NCBI RefSeq assembly: GCF_018977255.1
Contig: NW_024704743.1
Span: 79,114,001 to 79,178,000, forward strand
DNA: 64,000 nucleotides
From: Callorhinchus milii
Taxonomy: Eukaryota
Direction: 5' to 3'
Shown: positions 11,259 to 24,660 of the stretch, piece by piece
Numbering within the stretch: position 1 is the stretch's first letter
Layout of the letters: each line of letters starts with the position of its first letter
Notes under the pieces: model-generated
What the model was told of the DNA's origin: nothing
What the model saw: only the letters and a program-made list of their open reading frames with translations
Database searches by the model: none
Made by a program: the position numbers and the translations under genes

Positions 11259-13149
11259 AAGTTATTTAATATCAGTTAATTTTTTTAAAAAGCTATTTCT
11301 GTCTATTTTTCTTCTTTTCCACAGGATCTGCAAAAAGGTACTCTGCCATAATTATATTGATTTGTGAGTTTGGAAATTGTAATGATTAACAGAAAACCTT
11401 TCAGAGAAAGATCTTTTCACAACTGCAGTGTCGAAAATACCACTTACTACTAAGATCTTTGAAAGCAAAAGATGTATATTTTCTAACAGAGCTTTGAAAT
11501 TAAAACATTGGAAAGTTTACAAAGTAGAGTTAAAACTTTCTCAACCATTATTTTCTTCTTTGAGGGAGAGAGTTAATTTAATGGGGTATGACAGTGGTAT
11601 GAAACAATGCTGTGCTTCTGCTGTTGTTGCAACATCAGAACAAGGCGTCTCTCAGATCAACAAGTTCAACATACATTTACACCCACATGGATGTCTGGTA
11701 GCAATCTAGCATTCAGATGCTATTTCTTTGCTCTTATTGCACATGCACTCTTTCCCCTGCTGCACATTGTCATTTCTCACAATTTCTTTGACAACAATTC
11801 TTCCCAATTTGTATTACCTTTTGCAGCAAGTAAGATGGACAGAAAGGATCGAACTGCAAGAGGGAAGAGCGTGGTTAGCTGCATTCCTACTGTATTCGGT
11901 AGCTTGTCAATCAAAATCCACTGGCAAGATGAGTGATTGATGAGCCTAACAGATTATAGTAGTGACCTATCTGCATGTAGGTTGATTAAACCAGCGGAAT
12001 GCGTGAAGTAGACAGAAGACCTGAATGAGTTGGCAAAGAGGAACAAGACATGGCACTGTACTGCCTGGCTAATCGTAGGGCACTAGGTGTGGGTGGTGTC
12101 AATTCCAAATTCTTAAAGCTGTTCTAGATGGAGGCTGTCTGCCTGGGGAGGGGAATTGTGAAAATCTTAAAAGATGAATGCCATGAACCTGCAACAACAC
12201 CTCCCCCCCCCAATCCTGTTAGGGGAGGAAATACTTATTTTTGAAGGAAGAATGTATTTGGTGTTTCAGCGAGCAATTATGATGTCTATCCACAAGAAAA
12301 GGTGACACCAATGAAATGAAAACTACCAGGGATTCACGCCAATTCAAATGGCTCTGATAGTGTTTTCTGAATAACTCTAGACTGTGTGTCAGACACATTG
12401 AAGGCCCATGTCTTATCAGGAAGGAGCAGGGTAACTTCCGTTCATGTAAGGAATGCAGGGAATGCACGGGAGACCTTTTGACCCCACAGAACATTATGAG
12501 GCTTTTGGTAATCTGACCTGCTTTCAATGTAGTGCCTCAATGTACCCTCATGGAAACTGGAAGCCAATGTGTGAAATCCTAGATCTCATCTGAGAACTGT
12601 ACTCTAAGATCAATGTAAGTGTCAATAGGGAGGAAGCTTCACTGAATCTATCCCACTGGACCAAAGAGCAGGCAAATTTGTCTTCATTATCCAGTGGACT
12701 CTATCAAAATCTACCCTGTAATTGCCATAATTCCTCCCATTTATCAAAGCTTTAAGAGGAAACTCAATGCATGAGAGATATGGAAAAGATGGGCATGGTG
12801 AGGTGGGGGTTGGGTGGGGGTGGAGAGCCTGGCGATAGAAATAGGATGGATAGAGGCTCATATGGAGTATAAACAATGGCATGGACTAGATGCACCAAAC
12901 ACCTTTTTGTGATGCTGTAGGTTTTATGTAATTCTATCTCCTGGGCAAAGCACCACGTAGACAGAACCCCAAAGGCAGTCAAGCACAACCCCATATCCAA
13001 CTCTAGGCTCCTCCCTCACAGATGCCAGCTCCCCTCTCTCAGCAGCACAAAAAACGTGGGTCCAGTAAGGAATTTTGTTTATAGATACAGAAATACATAG
13101 AAAAGAAAGCGTATAAAAGGCACATTGAGTTTATTTCAATCTGTCAGAG

Positions 13150-13254
13150 ACGTGTGGAGTAAGGAAACTTGCCTAATGTTTCACCCTACCTGGGAATTGA
13201 ACCCAGTCCTCTCGCTTGTGAGGCGATTGCTCTAATTAATATGCTACAGGACTC
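13150..13254 (-). mobile_element. SINE tRNA head only
   Basis: GTGGAGTAAGGAAACTTGCC…GCTACAGGACTCC is the reverse complement of the SINE 5' ~100 nt. Confidence 0.8.
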
Positions 13255-13259
13255 CACTC

Positions 13260-13640
13260 CAGAACAGAATGGGGGAGATGATGTAGATGTTATATATTTG
13301 GACCTTAGGAAAATGTTTGTTAAGGTGCCACAAAAGACACATTAAAGATACTTGGGAATGAATGGTAAAGGTAGTAAAATGGAAAGAGAAGCAGGTGAAG
13401 GACAAATGACAAAGAATGGATATTAATAATAATAATCCCAAAATATTCATATGCTGTAAAGTGGAGTGCTTTTCGGATTGGCAGAGGGTAGTTAGTGGTG
13501 AGCCTCGCAGATCAATGTTAGGGTCTCTTGTTCTCTATTTATATGAATGGTCTGGCTTTAAGAGTGAAAGGAATTATATCAAATTTATCATTGATACAAA
13601 AATTAGGACATTTCTTAATACTGCCAAAGAATGCAGGAAA
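13260..13640 (+). mobile_element. Highly degraded CR1 RT fragment
   Basis: Remnants DVDVIYLDL…KVP and CFSDWQRVVSGEPRRSMLG. Confidence 0.7.
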
Positions 13641-14582
13641 ATGTGGTTCTTCAGGGATTGGAAGGAAAGAGGTTTTCTTATGACTCAACCAGTATCCAAT
13701 AAAAAATTAAGTGAAATTCACAACAGTGAGTATAATTCACCAGAAAATAGATTTAGACAAGTGACTTCAAGATCATCCTTTCGTTTCAGTTGACATGGGC
13801 CTTCATAATGTGTGGTATCCTGACCCTTCATGTTTAACATCTGTTGATTTGTCATTATCGTGCAATCATTTGCAAAAACTAATAAAACAATACACCACTA
13901 GGAGACTTACAAAATTGATTCAAATTGACCAGCCTTCTGATTTTCCCTTCTCTCCCTCAACTTGCTTGATGCCTCGCTCAGGCCAATTAACACTGCTGCA
14001 CTGAATGGGAAACTCAGTCCTAAGAACCCAGTCACCTATCCCCAATCGCTCATCATAATCCCACATTTCTAGAGGATGTACAGTTAACAAGGTCAGTAGA
14101 TTTCATTTTGACCCAGTTTCATCTCTATAAAGTTCTTTGATTTTCTTGCAATTTTTTTAAGGTAAGACAGTTTTGTTTCTGTATAAATACGTGTTGGTCA
14201 AATAGTCTAATTAAAAAATCCAGATGTTTAATTTTTCTTTTACCTTTTCTTCAAAACTTGGCCAAATCTTTCGAGAGGGTTTGCTACAGCTTCTGACGCA
14301 TTCAATATGTTATTGAGCCAATGAAGCAAAGTTAAACATCCTGTTCTAATTGTCATGGACTTGACTTTATACATTTGGCAACTCAGGGCTTTTGGCACGG
14401 AGTGACAGAGAAGAATGGAAAAGGAGATTCATTTCCCACTACAGACTGTATCAGAGCAACCATCCACACAAAGCTGGATGTTCAAAACAATTCACATTTG
14501 CTGTCTGTGATTGAATTCCACTTTACAGTATGTGAAGTTCTTTGAGATGTCCTCCCAAAATAAAAAGGTGATACTGGGTCAA

Positions 14583-14802
14583 CAGTAAATTCCTGATAAC
14601 TTGACCCTAGCTTAACTTGTCACAACCATTTAAGTCATCATGCTGCCAATATCCCAGCCACATTTACTGTATATATTATATATATACTGTGTGTATATAT
14701 ATATATGTATATATATACACACACATACCTAATTCACCACTCTGGATAAATCATCATTGAGCCTTTTTCCCTTGGGAGTGACAAGTTATCAGGAGTTTAG
14801 TG
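14583..14802. mobile_element. Tc1/mariner-pogo (Tigger-like) MITE
   Basis: TIRs CAGTAAATTCCTGATAACTTG … CAAGTTATCAGGAGTTTAGTG followed by TA; internal (TA)n/(CA)n microsatellite. Confidence 0.7.
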
Positions 14803-15210
14803 TATATCAAATATAAGGACTATCATTATTATTGTAACACAGAAGCAGACCTGGTTTGCAAATCAATTGTTTATTCATACATGGGAAAACCTCAACCTCA
14901 GCAGTCTTCTAGCATCACTAGCAGGAGCAAACAACATTAACTATCTCTAACTAACGATAGGTTACTTGCATTCACAATCATCCTTCTCCTCCTCTAATCA
15001 TTCACAATTCCCAACCCTCACAAGTCCTCATGCTTCCCCAATGGTCCAGTCTCTAAGGCACATGCACAATCATTTTCTCTGCAGTCTCTCAGCCTGGCTT
15101 TTCGGCTCCAAAACCCCTCTCCTCAAATGCAGTGGAAGGAATTACCTCATGCCTTCAGCAGGTCTCCACGTTGTCTGTTCCAAGGTCTGTCTCAATATAC
15201 GGAAGATAAT

Positions 15211-15657
15211 GGGGTAGAAATTGCAGTAAATGTTGTTATCACCTGTGATTGTTATCACATTGTTGATGAACAAAGTCAACAAAACCAGTCGGTAACATGA
15301 CTGACACATATTCAGTCCCCTGTTCAGTCAAGTTGGGTAGGATGAAGGCCACTAGCTGAGTTTGCCACTTCACAGATTAGAGTGTGATTAGAGTGTCAGT
15401 TGGGGGGATACTGGGTTAGTGCGACAACAAAACAGAATAAAGCCAGTGTCCTGTGAACCAGCAAGCCCAATACCAATGATCAGCAAATCACTGGCCAGAG
15501 CAGGGAGGCCTAGGGCCATACCATGATACCATTATGGGGTCACACCAGTTAGTGACCAGTCTAGTTATCAACTGTACTTGTTGATTACATTTATCAACAG
15601 TTTGCGTATTATCAGAGGCAATAAGGAACACAGCACACGTTGCAATTTTGTACCCCC
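15211..15657. mobile_element. Foldback MITE, possibly PIF/Harbinger-type
   Basis: Termini GGGGTAGAAATTGCA … TGCAATTTTGTACCCC, with about 100 nt of imperfect inverted arms inside. Confidence 0.65.
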
Positions 15658-15889
15658 ACTGAACTTTAGCAATTGTTTATTTTTCTCGTTCAGAAATCTG
15701 AATAGTCTGGCTGCAGTGCCTCGAAGCCTGAAACTTGTCAGGATTTCAAGTAACAGCCAGGAGAGTTTATTTGTACTCTGATCTTAAAAGGCCAAAGCAT
15801 AAGTGTGTGATGTAAATCGTTTTTAACAACATGCTCTTTGAGTTTACTTTTTACAAAGAAGCATGACTGCTGTGGGCCTTGAGGAGCTG

Positions 15890-16630
15890 CAACAACAACA
15901 ACATTACATTTGTAAAGCGCCTTTCACATCGGGAGGACGTCCCAAGGCGCTGGACAGTCAGTGTTTCGGATCCAAGTTGAGGGTCGGGATTTGGGAGGGT
16001 GGAGGGCAGTGGGGGAAGGAGGGTGATCAAAAGCAAGGTCGAAGAGGAGGGTCTTGAGATGGGTCTTGAAGGAGGCAAGGGAGGGGACGAAATGGATGGA
16101 CTGCGAGATGGAGTTCCAGAGGGTGGGGCGGAGTGGTAGAAGACCCGCCTGCCAATGGTGGGTCAGGCGAGGTGGTGGACTTGAAGCAAGCCAGAACCCG
16201 CTGAGTGGAGGGAGGTAGGGGGAGCAAGGCCATGGAGGGTTTTGAAAGTGAGCACCAGGATCTTGAACTGTATCCTCTGTGTGATGGGAAGCCAGTGGAG
16301 TCGGGCGAGAATGGGGATGATAGGGTCACGGTGCCTGGTGCGGGAGAGGACACGGCCTGCAAAGTTCTAGATGATCTACAGCCTGTGGAGGGAAGAGTTG
16401 GGGAGGCTGACAAGCAAGGAGTTTGCATAATCAAGCCTGGATGTTATGAATGCATGTATGAGGCTTTCGGCGGTCTGTGGTGTGAGATGTTGCGGAGGTG
16501 GGGAAGACAAAGCGGATCATGGCACGGATGTGGGGTAGAAAGGATAGTTGAGGTCAAACAAGACGCCAAGGTGCCGAACTGGCTTAGTAAGGAGGCTTGT
16601 GCATCCATGGATGGTGATGCTGTCAGCGAC
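15890..16630 (-). mobile_element. L2 LINE 3' fragment
   Basis: Colinear with 8389-9181; (CAA)n and stem-loop tail at the left end. Confidence 0.92.
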
Positions 16631-16699
16631 AGCTTCACCCCAGAATAATGTGACTAAAGCAAAATCTAAATTCTGTTTCTATTCAATTTGAATAGTGTC

Positions 16700-16840
16700 C
16701 AATTGGCTGCTGCGTCACAAAATATACACTTTAACCTGTTCCTCAACGTGTCAATTCACTTTACAGTATATTCTGTTAAATGCTTTGAGATTTTTCAATG
16801 ACCCAATATCAAATGCGAAGATTATTGTTATTATTATTCC
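16700..16840 (+). mobile_element. SINE 3' fragment
   Basis: CAATTGGCTGC…GTCAATTCACTTTACAGTATATTCTG…ATCAAATGCGAAGATTATT. Confidence 0.7.
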
Positions 16841-17244
16841 ACCCATTTGCTTTTAAGAGCAGAAGGCTATGTACAAAGATTGGTAATGTCAAAGAAACTG
16901 ACGAGACCCATAGGACCTCAGGGTACAGTAGCTGTTTTGATCACTAAATTATGGTAAGCTGTACGATAGTCTCACAAATCTCCTCAGAACAGCTTTGCTG
17001 CAATAGATCGAATAAAATTACTGCAGCTGTCAAACCTGCAGGTTACCCAGCTAAATTTTCATTAAATTCTATAATAATAGAAATATAATTCTATAATAAT
17101 AAATAATTCTATTTACCTTTCTTCTTAAAAGGTAATTGTCAGAATAATAAGTAAATTTATTCAGTAAATGGAAAATATAGAATCGAGACTTTCTGAATAC
17201 AACAGCATTATTGGGGTTTATTCTGCAGCACCTTTTTACATAAA

Positions 17245-17350
17245 ATAACAATAATCCTTGTATTTGATTTAACGCTTTTCATGTCTTCTAGACATCTCAA
17301 AATGCTTCACAGAATATACTGTAAAGTGAATTGACTGTATATTTGTGGGA
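17245..17350 (-). mobile_element. SINE 3' tail fragment
   Basis: Reverse complement of the tail with the GAGATGTCTAGAAGACATG variant. Confidence 0.8.
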
Positions 17351-17692
17351 TATTTTAAGATGGAACTCCATTGACCCCGTTGGAACGCCACTCCGGAAGT
17401 AGATTGTGTTGGAGCAGAGTTCCCACGGGATAGCAGACCACACTTTTAGCTACTGGATGGAGTCTCCATTCGATTCCTTTTTTAAAAATCCTGTTAAGAA
17501 ATATCACAAGTTAGGACTTATTGTCTTCTTTGAAGTTGAAAAGTTAATTAGGATACTGCAAAATTCCAGGGAAGCAGTCTGCAGATTCTACCTTAAATAG
17601 AGGAACAGGTGCAGAGAACTACAAGTCCATTCCTGGGATAACCCCCAAACCCCTATTCCGCTTCCCACCAATACCCAAACTACCTGTTTTTT

Positions 17693-17980
17693 GGGTGAGA
17701 ATTTAAACGAAAATCCCGTCTGCCTGTTCAGGTGGATGTTAAAGATCCCATGGCACTATTCAAAAGGAGAAGAGAGTTTCTCCTGGTGTCCTGGTCAACA
17801 ATCCTCCAAATAAAGCCAGTCACTCACTCTATGGCTGTTTGTGGGGCATTGCTATGCACAAAACTGGTTACTGTGTTTCAGTCACAAAATACAGTCTTTA
17901 TAGTATATCCTGTGAAGCACTTTGAGACATCTCGACAATGTGATAAGATTCTATGTCAAATGCAAGGATTATTATTATTA
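17693..17980 (+). mobile_element. Deu-domain SINE (SacSINE1/AmnSINE1 superfamily), body and tail
   Basis: CCCGTCTGCCTGTTCAGGTGGATGTTAAAGATCCCATGGCACTATTCAAAAGGAGAAGAGAGTTTCTCCTGGTGTCCTGG is the Deu core. Confidence 0.88.
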
Positions 17981-18124
17981 CACATCTCACCAAGATATGT
18001 TTAGGGTATGTTACGTTGCTATGTTAACACTTACCTTTTCCTCTCTTTGTTTTCTCTCCAGACTTAAAACCTCCCACGATTGAGTGGGCAGAAAAGCTAG
18101 CCTGCTACCAAATCATAATAAAAA

Positions 18125-18292
18125 TAATACTAATTTGGTCACTCAATCCATGACTGTTTGTGGGACACTGCTGTATGCAACTGGCTGCCACCTTTCGCCC
18201 ACAATTCATTTTACAGTATATCCTGTGAAGTGCTTTGAGACGTCTTGAAGATATGATGAGGCGCTATATAAAATGCAAGGATTATTATTGCT
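18125..18292 (+). mobile_element. SINE 3' half
   Basis: TTTGGTCACTCAATCCATGACTGTTTGTGGGACACTGCTG…GCTATATAAAATGCAAGGATTATT. Confidence 0.85.
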
Positions 18293-18440
18293 ATTAATAT
18301 TAAATCCCCACCAATGCTGCTAGTCATCCATTTCAATTAAGCCAGCTTCCTGATCCAGTATGAAAAACTTCATATTCCAATTTGGCTGATATCAGGTCAT
18401 GGCTATTGATACATCATACCAGCTCTGCAACCAACATGGT

Positions 18441-18767
18441 GGAGTCCTGTAGCTCAGTGGTTAGAGCACTCGCTTCGCAAGCGAGAGACCTGAGTTCAAT
18501 TCCAGACAGGGCGAAACCTTGGGCAAGTTTCTTTACTCCACACAGAGCCTAATAATAATCCCTCCAAAACCAAAAACAAAAATAAATTGGTCATTTTCAA
18601 TCTACAACTGTTTGTGGGACATTGCTGTGCGCAATTGGCTGCTGCGTTCGCCCACAAATATACAGTCAATTCACTTTACAGTGTGTTCTGTGAAGCGCTT
18701 TGGGACGTCCTCCCGACGTGAAAAGCGCTATATCAAATGCAAGGATTATTATTATTATTATTATTAT
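18441..18767 (+). mobile_element. Full-length young tRNA-Ala-derived SINE
   Basis: Same head as 5671 (anticodon loop TTCGCAA); long (ATT)n tail. Confidence 0.95.
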
Positions 18768-20299
18768 AACATGAATGATTACACATGGATATGTATAATG
18801 GGTGTGTCACCATTTTCCAGAATTCTTTCCCATGACCTGAACTTAGTGCTAGTTCTATGCCAAGTCAAAAGTATATATAGCGGAGGAGGCAAAAGCGAAG
18901 TTAGTGTTTTGAATCAATTGATTAAATTTGTTGAATTACACTGAAATGTTCCTTATGTTTTGCCTCCACCCCCATGAAATGAACACTACTTTACCCTATG
19001 TTTGTGTCTCTGATGAACTGCTCTTTGTGCTGCTTGTGTGGTGGCCTTGGTGGAAGTGGGAGCTCGGAGCTATCATTAGCCAACACAATTTGTGTCTTGA
19101 ATGTCAAATTGGAGCCTATTGGGTGATATTTCTTAATAAGAAATTTATGTTTCAAGAAATCAGAGATTCCTTCTCTAATAAGTATTTATTTGATAGAGTA
19201 TTTTCACTCTCTCCTGTATTTACTAATTTTCAGCTCCTCTAGGTCTTTTAGAGTTTTAACTTCCTCCCCGACCATTCTCTTAGTATGATAATATTGAAAG
19301 AATTTTCTTGCCTAATGCTTTACATCTGCTGCTATTAATGTTTCTATCTTGGCTCCACAAATCTCATTTTTTCTTAACTTCCTTCTGGGCAGTCTTCTAT
19401 GCTGCCCGAAGTTCATCTTCTTCCTACGAGCTTTGTAATTTTCCTTTCCTTAATCTCCCGGTGAATTTTTTTATTTTTAAAATTATCTTATCTTTCTACT
19501 TTCTTAAAACCAAAGAGGTTTGTTCTTTCAAAGAGCAAAGACTGTCAGACTTTTGAAAAAAAAGATCATTGTTTTGTTTACTCTCCAAAGTTCCATTCAC
19601 AATAGGATGTGAATGAGGTTGGATAATTTACAGTAATTTTGCCATAGCGAAAAACAATGTCAAGTGACAAGTGCTGAGATCCACCATCACAAATTGAATG
19701 CATTTGTCAGATTGAATAGTTGTTAAAAGTAGATGAAGTTGGGGTTCAGAGGACAAATAACTCTTGATTGGAATCATTTGTTACAGTTCAAGGAATGAGT
19801 AGGGATTGTGAGTGCGAAACCTGTTTAGGGAAAGCATTTAATTATAGAGGGAAATTACACACACTTCAGGTTAACAGTCTACACTTGTCACTTGTACCTG
19901 CAAGAAATCAACACAACCCACATGGGCTTGGCAGTAGTAATATTGAATCCATCTGAAAGTGTAGCCCTCTTTGAAAGTGAACAGGCATTCAATAAAGTCG
20001 ATGAAAGACAAATATACAACATCATGCATTCTTTTTAAAATTTTCCTGTTGACTATTTCAGATCAATTTTGTTTAATTTGTCTCTACTGCATTAGATATG
20101 CACTTAGATATATAATATTTATGAAGGATTACCATTGATTCCTGACAGATTTATTATTGAGTACTGTCGTGCCTGCCCCCAGTCTGTTTTTTTTCTAAAC
20201 TTAGCCCTCATATCCTTGAAGTTTGTTGATCTAAAATGAAAGGGATTAGATCAGATGTGCTTTCTTCATCCAAACTAATGGTGATCTACCATTGGACGC

Positions 20300-20532
20300 C
20301 AAACCTCCAGCCACCATATTCCTGACTAATGGGACATTCTTCCATAAGCTTATTGCTTCCTTCCTCCCTCCCTCCTTACATTCAATACCCTCTGAAAACA
20401 TATCTCTTTGAGCATGTTTTAGTCAACTTTCTTAAATTTCTCTTTTTCCATCTCGGTGTACTCTGTCATATCTGTAAAGCACTTTGAAGCTTTCATGCTA
20501 AATGAATAGCACTATGCAAGTACAAGTTATTG
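20300..20532 (+). mobile_element. Degraded L2 3' end
   Basis: CTGAAAACATATCTCTTTGAGCATG…GTAAAGCACTTTG…GCACTATGCAAGTACAAGTTATTGT. Confidence 0.55.
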
Positions 20533-20564
20533 TATGCTCTCTCTATTCTGTTTTTTTCCCTTTA

Positions 20565-20828
20565 CCCAGAAGCCGCAAATGACAATCTGCCGCCCTAGGT
20601 AAAACTTCACTCTGCCGCACCCCCCTCCTACCGCCTTTGAAGTTTGATAGCTTTAGCTTTAACTTAAGAGAGGTGAATTTACCTTAAACATCTACAGGCC
20701 TCTGCCGGCACTAACACACGACATTCGCTGCAGCCTCCCTATCTGTCACAATTTTCTGGGTCATTATTAAAAAAAATTGCTTCTCTCAGAAAGCTGCCTA
20801 GTTTGCCTTAAGATAGAGCCTGTCTTTA
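20565..20828. mobile_element. Possible degraded hAT-type MITE
   Basis: TGCCGCCCTAGG near the left end and GCCTAGTTTGCCTTAAGATAGAGCC near the right end resemble vertebrate hAT MITE subterminal motifs; the TIRs are eroded. Confidence 0.35.
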
Positions 20829-22265
20829 CCTTAAACCTTCACTTTTCCAACATTTGATTACCAGTATGCTTCAGTTCATTCTTACCTACCGAGACATCCT
20901 GCATCAGTAAGTTATTGTTTTTTAATTGGAGCATGTGAACCATCTGCATAATGTATTGCAGTGGTCAATAAGTCCAATTCCTGTTTGGTAAGATGCTAAT
21001 CTGTGTTTAGTACAACTGAACACTGATTTGTTGCCTTATTTTACTACTGGTCGTTTGTTGTGTTTTGACTTGTTGGAAAATGCCTTGATCCCCTTCTAGG
21101 TGACAACTGAAAGCATTTTTGACAGGTTGTCAGTAAAACTGGCTAGACTACCTACCGGGTTAGAAATCATCAGTCATTTTTATTTGTGTTTAACCACATT
21201 TCCATTCTGACAACTACATTTTGCAGTTTATAGAGAAAAGCAAAGACAATTTATTGGACAGTTCATACATCATTGCATAATCTGGAATGCGCATATTTGC
21301 AACTTAGTCAAAGCAGGAAACCTTAGCACTATTATATAACTAAAACGTCCATAAGCATGTGTTGTGAACGGAAAAAGAAGAGTTATGGATAAGAGAGTTC
21401 AGTGAACAAAAGAACTGTTTATTGCCTTTGGCACTGTGACCAAGAAGTACTATAGCTAGTATTGAAAGGTATTAGAGCAAGCCAACTGAAAGTAAATTCC
21501 TCCCAAACAAACTCACTGTGTAATTGGTTGACATTCATTATGATTTCCAGCAGTCATATGAAGCTTTTTTCTAAAATGGACTTGAAGCAATTTGTGAGAA
21601 AATATTATTAATTTTTAAACAAATAACACAGTAATAACAAATAGCAAAAGTATGTGATGATATCATATGGAAAATTTCAAATATTCAACCCTTTTGTAGG
21701 TGAATGTACTGCAATTCAGCTCTTCCACAAGAATAACTAAATTTAAAAATAAATGCAGTTATGGAGTAGTTGTATTCATTGTGGTACTGCTACGCTGTTG
21801 ACAATTGACAGAATGGCAAAGAAAAGCTTTGAATTGAACGTGGCAAGAGATGTGAAGGATAACAACAAAAAGTTTTTTAGTTACATTAGGAATAAAAGAA
21901 AAGCAAGCAATGGAATGAGGCCACTGAAGGTGGGTTCGGGAGAGAACATGACAAATAATGCTGCATAGGCTGCAATGGTGCTAAATAAGTTTTTTTGCAT
22001 CAGTCTTTACTAAGGAAAAGATGGGTAACCTATCTGATCTGGAAAGTGAACTCAAGGGTGTCGCAGAGGAAAATTGCAACACTATTCATATCACTACCAG
22101 CATGGTTGCCAAACAGCTGTGTAACCTTAAGGTAAATGAATCTCAGGGGCTGGATAAATTGCATCCGAGGATCCTTAAGGAACTAAGGGATGTAGTCACA
22201 GAAACTCTGGCACAAATCTTTTAAAAATCACTGAATACTGGAGAGGTGCTGGGGGATTGGAGACA

Positions 22266-22762
22266 ACAACAACAACAACAAGATTCCATTTATTGAGCGC
22301 CTTTCACGTCGGGAGGACGCCCCAAGGCCCTGTACAGTTGGGTCAGGACCCGAGCAAGGGGGAAATGGTCAGGGTGAGGGGAGGGAAGGGAGGGAGCGAG
22401 GAGGGGGGAAATGGTCAGGGTGAGGGGAGGGAAGGGAGGGAGCGAGGAGGGGGGTAGAGAGTCGAGAGGGGAGCTGAAGGCACAGTCAAAGAGAAAGGTC
22501 TTGAGACCGGCCTTGAAGGAGGAAAGGGAGGAGGCGGCGAAGGCACTGGGGGATAGAGTTCCAGAGCCTCGGGGCTGAGAGGCTGAAGGCCCGGCCACCG
22601 ATAGTAGGGCGGTTGGGGCGGGGGACTTGGAGCAGACCGGAGCCAGAGGAACGGAGGATACGGGCGGGTAGGTAGGGGGATAGTAGGTCGGAGAGGTAGG
22701 AGGGAGCAAGGCCGTGAATGGCCTTGTAGGTGAGGGTGAGGATCTTGAATTGGATTGAATTA
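22266..22762 (-). mobile_element. Young-looking (CpG-retaining) L2 3' fragment nested in the CR1
   Basis: Minus translation includes SFKAGLKTFLFDCAF; L2 tail plus (AAC)n; GAGACA at both flanks (22260-22265, 22763-22768). Confidence 0.92.
22358..22454. repeat. 46-bp perfect tandem duplication in the L2 3' UTR
   Basis: GGGGGAAATGGTCAGGGTGAGGGGAGGGAAGGGAGGGAGCGAGGAG occurs twice with period 46. Confidence 0.9.
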
Positions 22763-24399
22763 GAGACAGGTAGATGTTACTCCTATTTTTAAGAAAGATA
22801 ACAAAACTGGCCCAGTAAACTACAGTAAGTTTGACATCCATTGTTGGTAAAATTATGGAGACTCTTATTAAAGATAAAATGATGGAGCATCTGGACAGAA
22901 ATAAATCATAAATGATAGCCATGAAGGGGAGGTCTTGCCAATCTAGTTTATTGGTTTTCTTTGATATTGTGGCAAGGGAGCTTGTAGATTTGTATATCCA
23001 GATTTCAGTAAGGTCTTTGATACAGTTTCTCTTGAGAGGCTGGTACTGAAAGTAAAGAAAGCGGGAATCAGTGGAGGTATATTACAATGCATACACAACT
23101 GGACGACCAGAAGAACCCAGAGGGCGGTGGTACAGGAAAAGTCACCAGGCTGGGAAAATGTTACCAGTGGAGTTCCACAAGGGCCTGTTTTGGGACCATC
23201 ATTTTTAAAAAATGATCTGGAACTAGGAGTCGCAAGCACAGTGGCTAAGTTTGCAGATGACACCAAGTTATGAAGGTGGCAGATTGTGAAGCTGAACAAG
23301 ATGGGTTACAGATGGATTTGAACATACTTGGGAATTGGGCAGGTTGGTGGCAGATGAAATTCAATGTGGAGAAATGTAAAGTACTGTCACATGGGGACAA
23401 AAAATCCTGGAAGGGACTATTATTTGAACGGAAGGAAGATAATATGTATAGAAAATGAAAAGGACCTGGGAGTCCTGATTGACAATAAATTGAAGCTCTC
23501 CCAACAATGTTCTGTGGCAGTGAGTAAAGCAAACCAGACTTTGGGATGTATCAAAACATCAATAACAAGCCAAAATAGTGTGGTAATCCTGCCACTGAAT
23601 AAATTATTGGTGAGACCATACTGAGAATATTGCGTACAGTTCAAAAAAGATATTGGAGAAACAAAGAAGATACAGAAGAGGCAACCAAAATGATTGAGGG
23701 AATAGAACAACTAGACTATGAGGAGCCACTAAGTAAATTGGGCTATATTTATGCTGGAAAAGAGAAGATTGAGAGGCGACATGATTGCTGTCGTTAAGAT
23801 TCTAAAGGGCCTAGACAATATAGATCATGACAGGCTGTTTCAATTTGTCCAGAATAGTAAAACCAGAGGACACGGCCTGCGATTGAAGGGGGTAAATTCA
23901 GAACAAATTTACACAAACACTATTTCAGTGAGCGAATAGTAACCAATGGTATAGGCTCTCAAGGGAGATGGTTGAAGCAGGACGTGTTGATTCTTTCAAA
24001 CACAGTTTAGATAATTTTCTTTTAGGAAATAATATTATGGCATACAGTACATGGGTAGTTCGGGACATAGGTGCCCGAGACCACCAGGATGATAGAAGGC
24101 GAACTAGATGGACCTTGGTCTTTTTTCGTCCAGCATTTCTTATGCTCTTATGTTCTTATGACAGTATTAGGATATTTTGGGCATTGTACATTTGATTATT
24201 TCCCAATTTCCAAATATCTTCCCTTCTCCAAACCCAAATTCTGAAGTCACTGTCATTTCAAACCAACAATAACAATAACTTCTTTATGTCATTTGTGACA
24301 TTCATGCCAGTTGAACTCAAACAAGTTTTAGCATGCAGTGGCAACACCATCAGGGATGAGAAAGATAGCAATCTGGGAGAGCAGCATCTGGGGGGATTA

Positions 24400-24660
24400 C
24401 AATACAATAAAAATTATATCTTATGCCTTTCAGGTTGGGAGGATGGCCCAAGGCTCTGGACATTCAGGGATTTGGACCCAAGTGGCGGGAGCTTGATAAG
24501 AGGTTAGCAGGTCACTGAGGTAGGAAGGGGCAAGGCCGTGAAGAGCCTTGAAGGTGAGGACGAGGATTTTGAACTCTATCCTCTGAGGGATGGGGAGCCA
24601 ATGTAGGGGGCAAAGGTGGGGGTGATGGGGTCAGGGAACCTGTTGCGGGATGAACTCGCA
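24400..24660 (-). mobile_element. L2 fragment, internally deleted
   Basis: GCCTTGAAGGTGAGGACGAGGATTTTGAACTC…CTGAGGGATGGGGAGCCA is shared with the other L2 copies. Confidence 0.85.

Larger units (their letters stand above)
21810..24160 (+). mobile_element. CR1 LINE, 5'-truncated, with intact 3' end
   Basis: Remnants KKFFSYIRNK, SQGLDKLHPRILKEL, SGVPQG, KFADDTK, QMKFNVEKCK, EKDLGVLID and LEKRRLRGDMI; ends GAACTAGATGGACCTTGGTC…(TTCTTATG)-like repeats. Confidence 0.95.

Noticed and set aside
11300..11343. Strong acceptor ttttcttcttttccacag with a possible 13-nt micro-exon
   Set aside because: The donor (AAG|gtactc) is weak and there is no coding or partner-exon support; similar orphan acceptors occur at about 4547 and 18061.
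18519..18944. Recurring MGKFPYST… ORFs (also 5749, 7247, 42570)
   Set aside because: TTG-started frames inside SINE copies.
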